From Phaeosaccion multiseriatum (Eukaryota > Protista > Ochrophyta, other classes): a stretch of 64,000 nucleotides of DNA. A program made the position numbers and the translations under genes. Positions 13,046 through 25,063 of the stretch are shown here, piece after piece. A model generated the notes under the pieces. The model ran no database searches. It saw only the letters and a program-made list of their open reading frames with translations, and was not told where the DNA came from. The DNA lies in the NCBI GenBank assembly GCA_965112735.1, contig OZ218963.1, positions 124,001 to 188,000 on the forward strand, read 5' to 3'. How positions within the stretch are numbered: the stretch's first letter is position 1; every line of letters begins with the position of its first letter.

Positions 13046-15873
13046 TGTGACCGATCCCGGCTCAATGAGCGGCAGCGGCACGGACCCCCCTTCTCCCCCC
13101 CCCCCCCCTCCTCCTCCTCCTCCTCCTCCCTTGCTGAAGCGACGAGAGGGGGGGGTGAGGGGCGAGGCAGCCGCGCTCCATGACACAGCCCCCCCGGGAC
13201 TACTTCCGTAACTGCCCAACCCCGAGGCGGTGGCCTTCCGATGGCGGGCAGATTCGGCTCCTCCGACGGCGGGCGGCACATCCTCTATATTTATGTGGAG
13301 CCCCGTGCCAAATTCGAGGTCGAGATCACCCCCTCCCCCTCCCCCTCCTCCTCCTCCCATTGGTGATAACAGGTCGTCGCCATCTGGAAATGCCCCTGCC
13401 CCTCCACTGCCATTCCCGTCCCCTACGCCCATCTCAAGCTCGAAGATCTGCACCTTCAGCTCCGTGACCTCTGCGGCGGAGAGGCGAGCGTTCTCAAGCA
13501 TCTGCTCCCTCACAATACCCAGGCTCTCTTCCTTGGAGTCCAGCAGCTACAGGGGGGGGGGGAGGGATGGCAGGGGATGGCAGGGGATGGCAGGGGATGG
13601 CAGGGGAGAGAGAGACACACACTCTGAGAAAACGAAAAAGAAAGGGATTGAGAGAACGAGAGGCAAGAGAGGCAAGCAGAGACAGAAGGAGAGAATGATA
13701 AGTTTTGAGCTTTTACCTGCTGTAAGCGTGTTGTGTCTTCGACTTGCTCCCGTAGTGCCGCATTCTCAGCATACATTTGCTGTGAGCCGAATAGAGAGAG
13801 GTAGGAGTAAGGGAGGGAGAGAAGAGAGAAGAGAAGAGAGAAGAGAGAAGAGAGAAGAGAGAAGAGAAGAGAGAGCGAGAGAGGGAGAGAGGGAGGGAGA
13901 GGAGAGAGGGAAGGCGGGAGGGAGATTGATGGAGAAAGAGAGAGAGGGGGATTAGGAGGGCGAGAGGGGCGGGCGGCAGTTGGGTCAGGAAGTGGTACGA
14001 GCTACGAGACTGAAAGTGAGCCGTGTAGAGTAGTGAGAGAGGAGGGTTGGAGGGCTCACTGCTCACGCACGCACGCACGCACGCACGCACGCACCTGCGC
14101 GTCCGTGCCCTCCGCCCCGGGGGGGAGCGCAATCAAGCCTGAGCCCAGCTTGGGGTGTTGTTTATCCAGCAGGCCCTCCAGCTTGGCGATGACCTTCTCC
14201 TGCGTGGCAATTGTGCTGCGGTATACAGAGCCCTTGGCGTGCAGTCCCTGTGTCTTGCGTATGTAGCTCGCTTGCACCATCTGTGAGTATGCGAGTTGGT
14301 GGTTCGAGGGGAGCAGAGATGGGGGTTGGGGGCGGAGGTTTTTGAGGGTGTGTTTGTGTGTGAGTGTGTGTGCGTGAGAGAGAGAGTGTGTGTGCGTGCG
14401 TGTGTGCAAGTATATGTGTGAGTGTGTGTAAGAGAGAGAGCTGCCTTGGAGAGGAGAGGGGAGGGAAGATGAGGTGAGGCGAGGGGAGAGAGGAGAGGAG
14501 AGAGGAGAAAAGCAGAACAGACAGACGAGACCCCCTGACAGTTTCCGTTTCAGTTCATTGAACTCGAATGGCGAATATAGACGATATCGATTTCTCGAAT
14601 CGAGCCCCCCTCCAACACTTGATCTGACCTGCGCCTTCTTGAGCTGCTGCAGCTCTTTGGACCGTTGCTCGACTTTGGTAAGGGCCTCGCTTGTAGAGGC
14701 TTTGTACTTGAGGAGGGCCTGATGAACATGTACATGTTGGTGATACATGGGGAGGTGAGGGAAGGGGCGTTGAGGCGGGGGAGGGGAGAGGAGGGGCGGG
14801 GAGGGGAGGGGAGGGATGGCAGTGGATGGGGAGGGGAGGGATGGCAGTGGATGGGGAGGGGACGCACTCACCTCATTCTTGGCAGCGAGTGCCCCGTTCT
14901 GTCTCTGCAGAGAAGCGACGATCTTGGCAAGCTGCTTGACCTGGTGCTGGTGCTGGTGCTGGTGCTGGTGCTGGTGCTGGTGCTGAGCCCCCCCTAGGGC
15001 TTGGGGTTGCTTCCCCTGCCCCGGGGGGTTGTTGCCGCTGCCAAGGAGGGGAATATCGAGGTTCTGTAGCACCTTCTCGGCCTCGTGCTGTGTGTGTGTG
15101 TGCGTGTGTGTGGGGGGGGGGGCGGGAGGGGACGGCACTGGGTGTCAGGACTGCAACCAACCACCCACCCACCCACCCACCCAATCAACCAATCAACCAC
15201 CCAACCACCCACCCAATACAGGCATTCCTTGGCATAGCGGCCGCACTCCTCCCTCCCTCCCTCCCTCCCTCACCTCCTGTTGCACATATGCTCTCCTGAG
15301 CGTCGCCATCTGCTGCAGCGTGGCTTCCCTCCCCTCCTCTGCCGCCTGCAGGGCGCGCCTCAGCCGCAGCAGCTCCTGCCCGCACTTTTGCACCGAAGCG
15401 TGGCTCTTTGTGAGCTCGGATTTGAGCCTTTCTATCACGGCCTTGGCGGGGTCGGAGAGGTGTGAGTTAGCGTCCCCCTTCCATCCGCTCCTGCCCGTCT
15501 CTCCGTCCTCCTCTCGCTTCTCCCCTTGTCCTCCTCCTCCGTCTGCTCCTCCCTCCCCCGCCCCGCCCCGTTGCTGATCGACACCCTCGTCATCGCTCCC
15601 CACCCGAGTCCTCTTCCTCTTGGCCTTGGGAGAGCCTGCGGCACTAGCGGCGGCACTAGCGGCAGCACTAGCGGCAGCCTTTGTCGGAGACTGCTTTGCA
15701 GCAGGTGTCGTCTTCTTCCCAGCCTTGCCCTTAATGGTGGCCTTGCCTTTCCCCTTGGCCTTTTCTTTGGTCTTGACCCCTTTATCGCCCTGCCCGCCCT
15801 TCTCCTTCTCTGCCCCCTCCCCCCCTTCCTTTTGCTCCTGCTTCTGCTCCTGCCCGCTCTGCCCCTCCCCCTC

Positions 15874-15904
<31 letters not shown>

Positions 15905-17754
15905 TCCTCCTCCTCCCCCTCCTCCCCCTCTGGCAAAGTGCGAGAGCCGACCACGACTACTGATGCGTCGCACACGGCACCGGAAACAGGCCTGAGCTTC
16001 GACCCCCCGGGATGATGGCTGAGCACGGTGGCTCGGAGGGGCATGGCGTCGGTCTCGGATGGTGGTAGATGGGGCGGGAACTGGAAGGCGAGAGTGGCGA
16101 GGAGAGTGAAACCCTCCCTCTCCTCCTCCTCCTCCTCCTCCTCTTCCTTGTTACCCTTGTGCTTGCGTTTGTGCTTGCCCTTGCTCTTCCCCCGCTTCTC
16201 TTCCTCCTCTTCCTCGTCCTCCTCCTCCTCCTCCTCCTCCTCCTCCTCCTCCTCCTGGCCGCCATTGCTGTCCTCCGCAGCCGTTATCCTCTTCCGTTTC
16301 CTCGCAAAGACCCTCCCAATGAGCACTGTGCCTTTGTGGTCTGCGCCCCTGAACTGTATGGGGAAGGAGGATGGAAATGCACAGTGACTCACCAACGCTT
16401 CTCCCCCGATGGCGAACCTCGCCAGCGGTCTGGACGACTGCTGCCCCCCCTCCCCCTCCCCTGCCCATTCTACCCTCCCCTCCCCGTCTACGGCCGCGCC
16501 GAGCGACAGTCGGTGCGCTCTACCAACAAGGTCCACTCGAGTAGTCGACACGGACACGCCCTCCCCAGCAGGGTCAGAGTCAGACCTCACTGGGCTCATT
16601 GGGTCCAGTAGTGGGTCCTGCCCCTCTCGGTGGTTGACAAGACTGGCCGCGACGGGCAGGGCGTCCCCCTTGCCCCCCGCGCCACCGTCGAGATGGAGCT
16701 TGGCCACGAAGTGCTGCAGGGCTTTGGTCCTTTCCTTCTGCGCCTTCTCGCCCCCCAAACCCCCTCCCTCGCCCCCCTCTAGCTCGAGCTTCTTCCCCTT
16801 GGCCTTGACGCAGTCCAGCAGCAGGACGGCCTCATCCCTTCCCCCCCAGTGCTCTGGCGGCAGCTGCAGTACACACCGTTGGAGGTCCAACATGTGAAGC
16901 AGCGGTGCCGCAGACACGTCGGCCTCGAGGTAGAGGGTCATGTGTAGCTTGAGTCCGGCCCTCCCCGCCTCTGCGGCTCGGGACGCTGCCTCTGCCGCAC
17001 CGGCTGCCTCGATATCTGCCTCCTCCGCGTTAACCAAGGCTGCGTCTGCTGCGGCCGCTTCCTTCTGCTCCTTCTTGAGCCGCTTCTTGGTCTCCCTGTC
17101 CTTCTTCTTGCCAGCTGCGCCGTCCTCCTCGTCTTGCCGCTGCCTCTCTTCTCCCTCCTTATCCCTTTTCTTCTTGTCCTTCTTCAGCTGCTTGTAGTAG
17201 GCATGGGCCTTGGCAGCAGCCTCGGCTGTGGCGGTGGCCGCAGCGTCCAACTCTTCGCTGTCTCCCATCTTCAGCACCACCTCCAAGTGATACGCCGTCC
17301 AGGGTACGAGGGCGCCGACCTTCAACACAGTCTCCGCCAGCACCTTGGCCTTCTTCTTACTTCCCCCGCTCGTGTCCATAACCTGCAAGTACAGCGCCTG
17401 AGGAGGACTCGGGGCCAGCACAGAAGAAGCACGCCCCTTCTTCGACGGGGCAGACTTGCCCACTGTGCACACAATGGTTTCATTCCACACCCCGTCCGCC
17501 CCGCAAGGCCGTGTGGGCCGAACCTTCCCCCCCTCGCTGCTATTGGTGTGGGATGACTTCTTCTTGCTCAGCGAAGCCAGCGCCGCGGCCTCTGCGCTAC
17601 CATCCCCGAGCCACGCCGCCAGCACTCCCTTGGCCTCGGCGGGGAGGCCCTCCACCCTGCGGGCCAGTACGTGCACTTCGGTCTGGCACCGCAGCTGGAC
17701 CCCCTCCTCTGCCCCAGCCGCAGCTGCCGCCGCCGCTCGTCCTCCCCCCCCCAT
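13043..17754 (-). CDS. CCDC33-like C2-domain / coiled-coil protein
   Basis: Large first exon 17754-~15274 with an N-terminal C2-like region (GVWNETIV, LYLQVMD, LVPWTAYHLEVVL) and acidic/basic low-complexity tracts. Downstream exons are at about 15087-14871, 14718-14628, 14295-14094, 13780-13716 and 13547-13043. They encode coiled coils YRSTIATQEKVIAKLEGLL, YAENAALREQV and REQMLENARLSAAEVTELKVQIFELE, similar to remembered CCDC33 segments. Confidence 0.7.
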
Positions 17755-18254
17755 CCTACTGGAAAGAGGGGTTGACCACAGCACACACACACACAAAGGG
17801 CAAAAGTAACGTGTAGGGGGGATTGGCGTAAAAAAACATTGGAATCCTACGGGCCAGAAGGCTTCTCTTACCTCTTCCCAAAGGAGAAGCCGAAGACCAT
17901 AGGAGGGCCAAGAATACGTTGGAAGTGGGGTGGAGTGGGGTGGAGTGCACATAGACTGCTGTGGAAAGTATAGGCACGAAGATTGGGCGCAGAAGAAAGG
18001 CGGAAGAGCAGGATGAAAAGTTTCTTGGGGTAAGGAGGATGAAAAAAGCGGGCAGCAGGAGATAAGCGCAGGGCGTATAGAGCGGACGGCAGCCAATCTG
18101 GGGTGGGCAGGAAAGGACACGTCCCGCTGCCCACGCCCCTGGCGGTTCTGACAGTTGCCGAGCCGGGGAAGGCCCGAGCCCTCCTGACTACTACAGCAAG
18201 GTCGAGGGTACTCGCATCCCCCCACCGCCAAGGCCGGGCGGGGCTGGGCTGCCC

Positions 18255-19083
18255 ATGTCTGCCCCCTCCGAAGAAGCAGGGGAAGGAGATAGGGAAGACG
18301 CAGCGAACAGGGTAACCCCGCGGGGAGCAGGAGGGGGGGGGGATACGAGCTTTGCAGGTCGAGAACGCAGGGACTTGGTGCGAGAGCACACCCCTGTCAG
18401 GGTAAGAGGCCGCAGCGAGGGGGGCGGGGGCGGCGGGGCAACGCCTCTTCACAGTAGAGACAGGTCGGACACTGGAGGCAGTACAGCAAGCAACTCGAGT
18501 CAGAGAAGCGGCCGGAGAAGAGGGGGAGGGGGAGAGCAGCGTAATGCCCACCACCAGCCACGTAGGAGGTCGAGAGACTCGGCAACAAGAGACGGGGCAA
18601 GAGATTTCGGAGGAAACAGCGGGGGAAGTGGCAAAGGTAGAAGCAGCAGCATGAGCAGGAGCAAAGCCGGAGGGGGGGGCGGGAGGAGCCCCTACTACGA
18701 GCGGCATCGCACCCCCCCAGAGTCGTTCTCCCTCAAGGGCCCCCCTCCCCCTCCGTCTGCGGCAGGCACCATTCGAAGTGTTGCCACGGGAGCGAGGAGC
18801 ACGTACAGCACGTACAGCAGAGACGGTAGCGGCACGGACATGTGCAACACCGAAACAGGGAGCAGAGAATGCAGTCCGGGCCCTTCGCTGCATGCCCGCG
18901 GGGGCTTGCTCGGTGGGGGGGGCAAGGGGGGGAGTCTCCGCCACAGGGACTCATCCACTGGGAGGAGCCGCACTCGAGTGAGGACGAGGGTTGGCAAGGA
19001 CGCATTGAAGATGCTGTGCATTTGCCACGCCACCACGGGCTTTTGTCTCTTTCAAACGCGGTGGCGCTGGCAGGAAACGCAAG

Positions 19084-19114
<31 letters not shown>

Positions 19115-19822
19115 TGCGTGTGTGTGTGCATGAGTGTGTGTATGTATGTGTGCGTGAGTGTGTGTGTGTGTGTGCGTGTGTGTCTGTTTGTGTGTACTTG
19201 TGTACGTGTGTGTGTATGTGTGCGTGGGTGCGTTACGGTGTTGCAAGCACCTTGGGTCTCTTCTCTCAGCCTCCCTACCTCTGTTTTCCTCATTGGGTGT
19301 CCTTCCTTCCTACGTCTACTTCCCCGGAGCTCCATGCTTCACCCCCTCCAGCCCCCCACCCGTCCCAAAAGATCACCATCTCTCCTCCTCACCCCACCGA
19401 CTCCCCTTCCCCTCCCCTCCCCTCCCCGACCCGACCCGACCCTCCCCGACCCGACTGTCACCAAATCGGGAAGCTCCATTCAACCAAATTGGGAAGCTTG
19501 TGGTGAGCTTCTACCAGTTCGCACGCGAAGTCGACCATGGAGAAGTGTCCTGCGTGAACTTTGAGCTTCCTCAGCGCTCATATCAGGGGGGAGGAGGAGG
19601 AGGCGGGGGCGGGGGCGGCACCAGCGGCACACACCGGCGGACTGCTTCCGGAGGGGGGGGAGGAGGAGGAGGAGGGGGCAGGAGGGGAAGGGCCGACAAC
19701 CGCAGGCAGCCTGGAGAGGCTATGCAGATGCTGAGCTGTCACAGTAACTTGGTCATCGCGGCCCTCTTCGTGGAGATACGGACAGCGACCGTTACAGTCA
19801 CAGAGAGCAGACCGCAGGTCGG

Positions 19823-19873
<51 letters not shown>

Positions 19874-21385
19874 CGTGTGTGTGACGTGTGTGTGGGAAGA
19901 GGACAGACAGGGAGCGGTTGGGAATGCCATGGTGGTGCTTGGAGGGAGTCAGTGAGTGAATGTGTAGATGGCGAGTGAGTGAGTGGGTGAGTGAGTGGAG
20001 CGAGGGAGTGAGTGTGTTACAGAGCAACCTTGCTCTGTACTTCGATCGATCGTTTGCTACTGACCCTCAAGTGCTATAGTGTACACCATGGTACTCCGTG
20101 TGGAGTGTAGAATTGAAAAGTGCTATCAGCAGGGAGTGAGTGTGTGAGTGAGCGAGTTACAGAGTGAGTGATTGAATGAACGAGTGAGTGGGTGAGTGAG
20201 TGAGTGCGTGCGTGAGTGGGAGAATGAGTGAGAGAGTGAGGGAGTGAGTGAGTGAGTGAATGAGTGATAGAGTGGAGCTCGTTCGTTCGTTCATTCATTC
20301 TTTCGCTCGACCTTTCGTAAGTCTCTTCGTTCGTCAACCCTGCTTCCCCCCCTTCATTCGTCACCCCTCCCTACCCCCCCTCCACGCTCCATTCACAGAT
20401 GCAGCAGTTGCTGGAGTCATGCCGAGACTTGTTCGAGAAGGAGTTCCTGCCCCAGCTGCAGCTGCTCGAGCGGACGGGATCCTTCTCATTGGGGGACGAC
20501 ATGGACCAGGAGCAAAGGCTTACCATCATGGAGCAGTTTCAGGTAAGAACAAGTACAGCAGGGGGTCGATAAAAGTCAAACTGAAATTTGCATGCCTCCT
20601 CACCCCCCCAACAGGGCTTCGACGAGACTGTGCAGCGCTGTAAGGACGCGTGCTTCCCTGAACCCGAGGCGAGTACCACCGCCGCCGCCGCCAATAGCAC
20701 CAGTGCCAACCCCAGTGGAGGGGGGAAGGCCTCCCAAGGCGGCGCCAATGGAGGGCCCGGAGGGTCGAACAGCGGCATGGGTGCCACCTCAGCCGCCTCA
20801 GCTTCCGCGGGGGTGGCGAGTGCGACTGTGAGTGCCGAGAGAGAAAAGAGGGGCAGCGGGGAGCTGAGGGCTGCTCAGCTGGGAGGGAGGATGGCAGCCG
20901 ATGGAGGATCTGGCAGTGGGCGGGAGGGGGTGTCCGATATCAACAGCGGCAGCCGGTTGGACCCGTTGACGATGGGCGGCGGCGGCAGCGGCTCTTATGT
21001 GGGAGGCGGTTTTGGGTGCTCCCCCGGGGCGGCGCTTCAAGACGCAGAAGTAGGGGGGGGCGGAGGAGGAGGGGGAGGGGTAGGCGGGGGCTTGGCAGCC
21101 CTGAGGGGGGGTAATGAGGCGGGGTCCGGGGAGCATCACACCAGGCACTCCTCCTCCACTGTGGCGCTCTCGTCAGCAGCAGGGGCGTCTCCTGTTGTGG
21201 CGTCGTCTGAGCTTGTGGAGGAGAGCTTGTCCCGGCAGCAGCGGAGGCAGGAGCCGCAGGAGGGCAGGGAGGCCAAAGATAGGGAGAGGGAGAAGCAGCG
21301 CGAGCAAGCGATGGGCCTGCTGCAGCAGAAGGAGTGGCAGGGGGAGGAGACAGGGGAGTTGGTGATGCGAGAGGCTGCCATCTGA
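18255..21385 (+). CDS. Uncharacterised protein with a longin-like domain and disordered termini
   Basis: Exons 18255-19083, 19474-19816, 20399-20541 and ~20615-21385 join in frame. Core: [22 protein letters not shown]...[26 protein letters not shown]...[18 protein letters not shown]...[16 protein letters not shown]...FQGFDETV, which fits the longin beta-beta-alpha-beta-beta-beta-alpha-alpha pattern. Confidence 0.6.
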
Positions 21386-22097
21386 GAGAGAGAGAGAGAG
21401 AGAGAGAGACGTAAGGCCTGAAGCGTCAGTGTCACTCACTCAATCACTCCTTCGAAGAGCGCATTGTGAAATGAAGTGAAGTGAATGCCTGAAGTGGGCT
21501 CGGAGGGTGGCAACATTGGCAGCATTGGGTGCGAGTATTACGAGTTGGGCACCACTGTAGAGGAGGAGCAGGAGGATCTGTTCGAGCTCGTGTATTCATG
21601 AAGTGTAAGTCATGAAATGATAAGCCTGTTTGAAGCCTCATTATTGGAGGAAGAGCCACGTGGGTGCACCGGTTTCTACACCGCTTGCATCGAGCGGCGC
21701 CCCTTCCCCCCCCCCTCCTCCTCCTCCCACGCACACGGGATTTGATGAACCACAAACCTTCCTTGGTCGGCACCGTTTTCAAGCACCGTTGTCAAAAAAA
21801 AAGGAGAAAGGGTTAGAGTTAGAACCCCGCACGCCACACTATCTTTTTGGACCCAATGTACTGTACAAGCGTGGCAAACCAACGGCCTGGCAAGCCAACT
21901 GCCAGCCAATCAACCACACACACTCACACACACACACACACACACACACACCACCCCAGCGCCAACTACTTTAATTATTATTTTAAGAATTAATAATAAT
22001 TAATTAAAATGAAGACAAAACAATACAGTAATGAATTGTCTCATAAATAGCCCTTGCTGTGGCACCCCCTCCGGCCCTACCGGGGTGCACAAACGTG

Positions 22098-23354
22098 CTA
22101 CTCGGAAGCTGCGAGAAGCGGCAGGTTACTGAGCAAGTGCTCCATGACAGCGTTCGCCCTCCCCCTCCTGGGGCGAGCGTAATTGGCCTCGAACTGGCGC
22201 TCCAGCCACCACGCCGCGTAAGCCAACAAAGCCTCGATGTACACATCGTCCTGCCCCGGCCCAAACTGCTTCATCCACTCGTTGGCGTTTCGCACGATCT
22301 GTTGGCACTCCTCGTCGTGGGAGCGCATCCAGTCCAGCAGAGCCCCGGCGTCTGCGGGGTCATTGAGCGGCACGTAGTGCACGTAGGGCTGCAGCAGGCC
22401 CTCCATGAGCCAGCTCTCCTTGGTCGGGGTGGGCATGACCATGACCGAATTGTGCGACAGGATCCACTTGCAGCTCGTTGCCACGTCGTTTCCCTCAAGG
22501 CTCAGCACGTACTTGAAGCCCATCATCTCCCTCCGGGTCATGGGCTGCCCCTTGTACTGCTCCTCCTCCCCCAGCCACTCCCTGCGCCCCTGTGTGACGT
22601 GGTCAAACTTGACGTCGTGTCCGTTGCTTGCCAGCGCCTCCACCCACCCCCTTCGGCCCCCCTCCTTTCCCGTGGTGGTGCCTCTCCACACGAGCTCTCC
22701 CCTCTTGTCCTCCCACGGCACGAAGGAGAAGTTGTCCATGGAGATGTCGGCCCAGTGGCGGGCCGTGTTCATGGGCAGCAGCAAGCCCCTGCTCCTGCTG
22801 CCCCTCCCCCCCCGCGCCTCCTCCTTGCTCAGCGTGCGGCTCTTGATGGCCACCACCGCGTCGAGATGTTCGGGCACGGAGCTGTCTCCAAACTCCACCA
22901 CGAAGCTCGTCCCCTCTGTACAATTGGCGAGTCTGCAGTGAGCAGCGAGGTCGTCCCAGTAGTGCGGCGTGCCCTTGGCGTTCCACCTGGACTCGCCCAG
23001 CGTGAAGATGAAGGGCTTGTCGAAGCCCGGCGTCCTCCTCAACAACTCCCGCAGAGCCCTGCGGTCCAGAGAAGAGTTGGGCACGTCTCCTATATAGTAT
23101 TCAAGCCGGTCCCAGTTCACGCCCTCAAGCGGCGGCGGGGGGCGGGCCGCCTTTGGTGTTACCATCCCCCCTGCCCTGCCGCTGCTGCCGCTGCTCGTCC
23201 GACTGAAACTCCCGCTCGTCTGACCCCGGCCAGAGAGCCTCACGAACAAGATGGTCAAGATGACCACCACGTAAAAGAGGACAATGACCACGAGACCGCG
23301 GAGCAGCGACCACCTCGTCGTGCCCAGCCTCCTCAAGGCGACGCTTGTGGGCAT
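22098..23354 (-). CDS. Glycosyltransferase family 90 (CAP10/KDELC-like), type II membrane protein, intronless
   Basis: 418-aa ORF with an N-terminal TM (LVVIVLFYVVVILTILFV) and motifs VPWEDKRGELVWRGTTTG, FKYVLSLEGNDVATSCKW, SVMVMPTPTKESWLMEGLLQPYVHYVPL, DEECQQIVRNA. Confidence 0.92.
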   Translation of the reverse strand: MPTSVALRRLGTTRWSLLRGLVVIVLFYVVVILTILFVRLSGRGQTSGSFSRTSSGSSGRAGGMVTPKAARPPPPLEGVNWDRLEYYIGDVPNSSLDRRALRELLRRTPGFDKPFIFTLGESRWNAKGTPHYWDDLAAHCRLANCTEGTSFVVEFGDSSVPEHLDAVVAIKSRTLSKEEARGGRGSRSRGLLLPMNTARHWADISMDNFSFVPWEDKRGELVWRGTTTGKEGGRRGWVEALASNGHDVKFDHVTQGRREWLGEEEQYKGQPMTRREMMGFKYVLSLEGNDVATSCKWILSHNSVMVMPTPTKESWLMEGLLQPYVHYVPLNDPADAGALLDWMRSHDEECQQIVRNANEWMKQFGPGQDDVYIEALLAYAAWWLERQFEANYARPRRGRANAVMEHLLSNLPLLAASE

Positions 23355-23762
23355 AGCACCCCCAACGCGCAGTCCCTATCGTACCCTCGCGGTGGTTTGA
23401 TCCAGTCGGGTTGTGAGCTCTACCCTCCAGCACTGGTCTCGGGCTTGACAGCGTGCCCTCATTGCTTTAATAATGGGCCCGGGGGCGTGCTAACGAAGAG
23501 AGTGGAGCAGCAAATGGCGACTCGAACACCCAACACCTACACCATCTATATTTCCCCCTTTTTTCAAACACCCGCCCTATATTTCCCTCCCGCTTCCGCT
23601 TCGCAGTGTGTGTACTCCGTGAGGCCTTCAGTAGCCCAGTCAGTAGCAGAGGCAACCGCAATAGTAGCAGCTCGAGCAGAAGCTCTGATCAACATTCAAG
23701 GAAGGGTAGAGCCCTGAGGGTAATGGCCTTCCCCCCCTAAAAAGAGCACTTGTGCCTCAGGC

Positions 23763-25019
23763 ATGATGAGGTCTGCGAGTACCACTGACAGCATCGTGTA
23801 CAGAGCACTCAGGCAAGTTTGCTATCATCTTTCTCTACCCCCTTTTCCCTCCCTTCCCTTCCCTCTATTTTCATCTCAATATATACTTCCCAGTGCTGAG
23901 TGGGTCTTCCAGCTGGGGTTTTCTCTCGCACGCCGTCCTGCAGCTGCTATGAGCCTCTCTCACTCTCTCTTATACACTGCTCACACACTTGCCCCTTGGC
24001 TGACCCTTTGGCTCCTTCGCAAAGGCACCATGCAGCCAATTTGTGCAGGCCCCCAAAAACAAGAAGCCCCTTCTAAGCGATGCCCCACTCCCCTTCACAG
24101 GCAATGCCCCAAGCACGTATTCCTTAGCTCTGCAGAGCTCAGCGCGGCCGAAGGCTCTCTGGGGCGCCTCGAGGCCCTCCTTTGCAGTGCCCTTCGTACC
24201 ACTGGGGAGGGCGGGCAATCCTCTCTCCGAGGAGAGGCTCTGAGGCATGACCCCAGGCATGACCTCAGGGAGGACAAGGAGGAGGAAATGCTCGACCCCC
24301 CGGGGATTACGACGAGGAGGAGGAAGAGGAGGAAGAGGGAGGGTAACTCCGAGTCGAGGAGGGAACAGGGCGGGGGTTTGCTGGCGGCCGTGACACAGGA
24401 GTGCCGCGCCTGCGTGAGGGGGGGACTGCAGGGGGCGGTGGTGCGCGTGTTGCTCCAGGTGAGTGAGTGACGATGGCAGAGGGGAGGATGGCACCTCATG
24501 GCACGGAGGAAGAAGGAGGAGGCTTTGACTTGACTCTGCTTGACTCTGCTTGACTCTGCTTGACTCTGCTTGACTCTGCTTGACTCTGCTTGACTCTGTT
24601 TGACTCTGCTTGGCTCTTGCTTTGCTCTTTGCTTGCAGTGGTTGAGCAGTGTCGCGACGGCCTCCGAGCCCCAACGCAATGGCCACGCTCAGCAGCAGCA
24701 GCAGCAGCAGTTGGTGATACAGCAGCAGGAGCAGGAGGGGCGCTTGGCAGTGGTCGCTCTGGAAGTGGTGTGGGCGCTGCACGAGGAGGGTCTCGTGTCT
24801 CTCTCTCAGCTGCTGAGCGAGGAGGAGCAGTTGGTAATGCAGCCGCCTTGCCTTGGTCAAGGCCAGCAGCGGCAGTTTGAGTGCCAGTTGCTGCTCCGAG
24901 GCGGCTGTCCAGCTCCTCGCCTCTGCCTCGCACCTCTGCTCGTGGCGGCCCTTCAGGAGCTTGCGGTCGTATCCGAAGGGACAGCAGGTGGTGATTCAGT
25001 AGCAGCAGTTGGCGGTGAT

Positions 25020-25063
<44 letters not shown>

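Noticed and set aside
17755-18231. N-terminal 159 aa of the 1012-aa ORF
   Set aside because: Starts at a non-ATG codon and covers the divergent promoter. The first ATG, at 17754, precedes the C2-like region.
22059-23717. 552-aa plus-strand ORF
   Set aside because: Antisense shadow of the GC3-rich GT90 gene, with no recognisable motifs.
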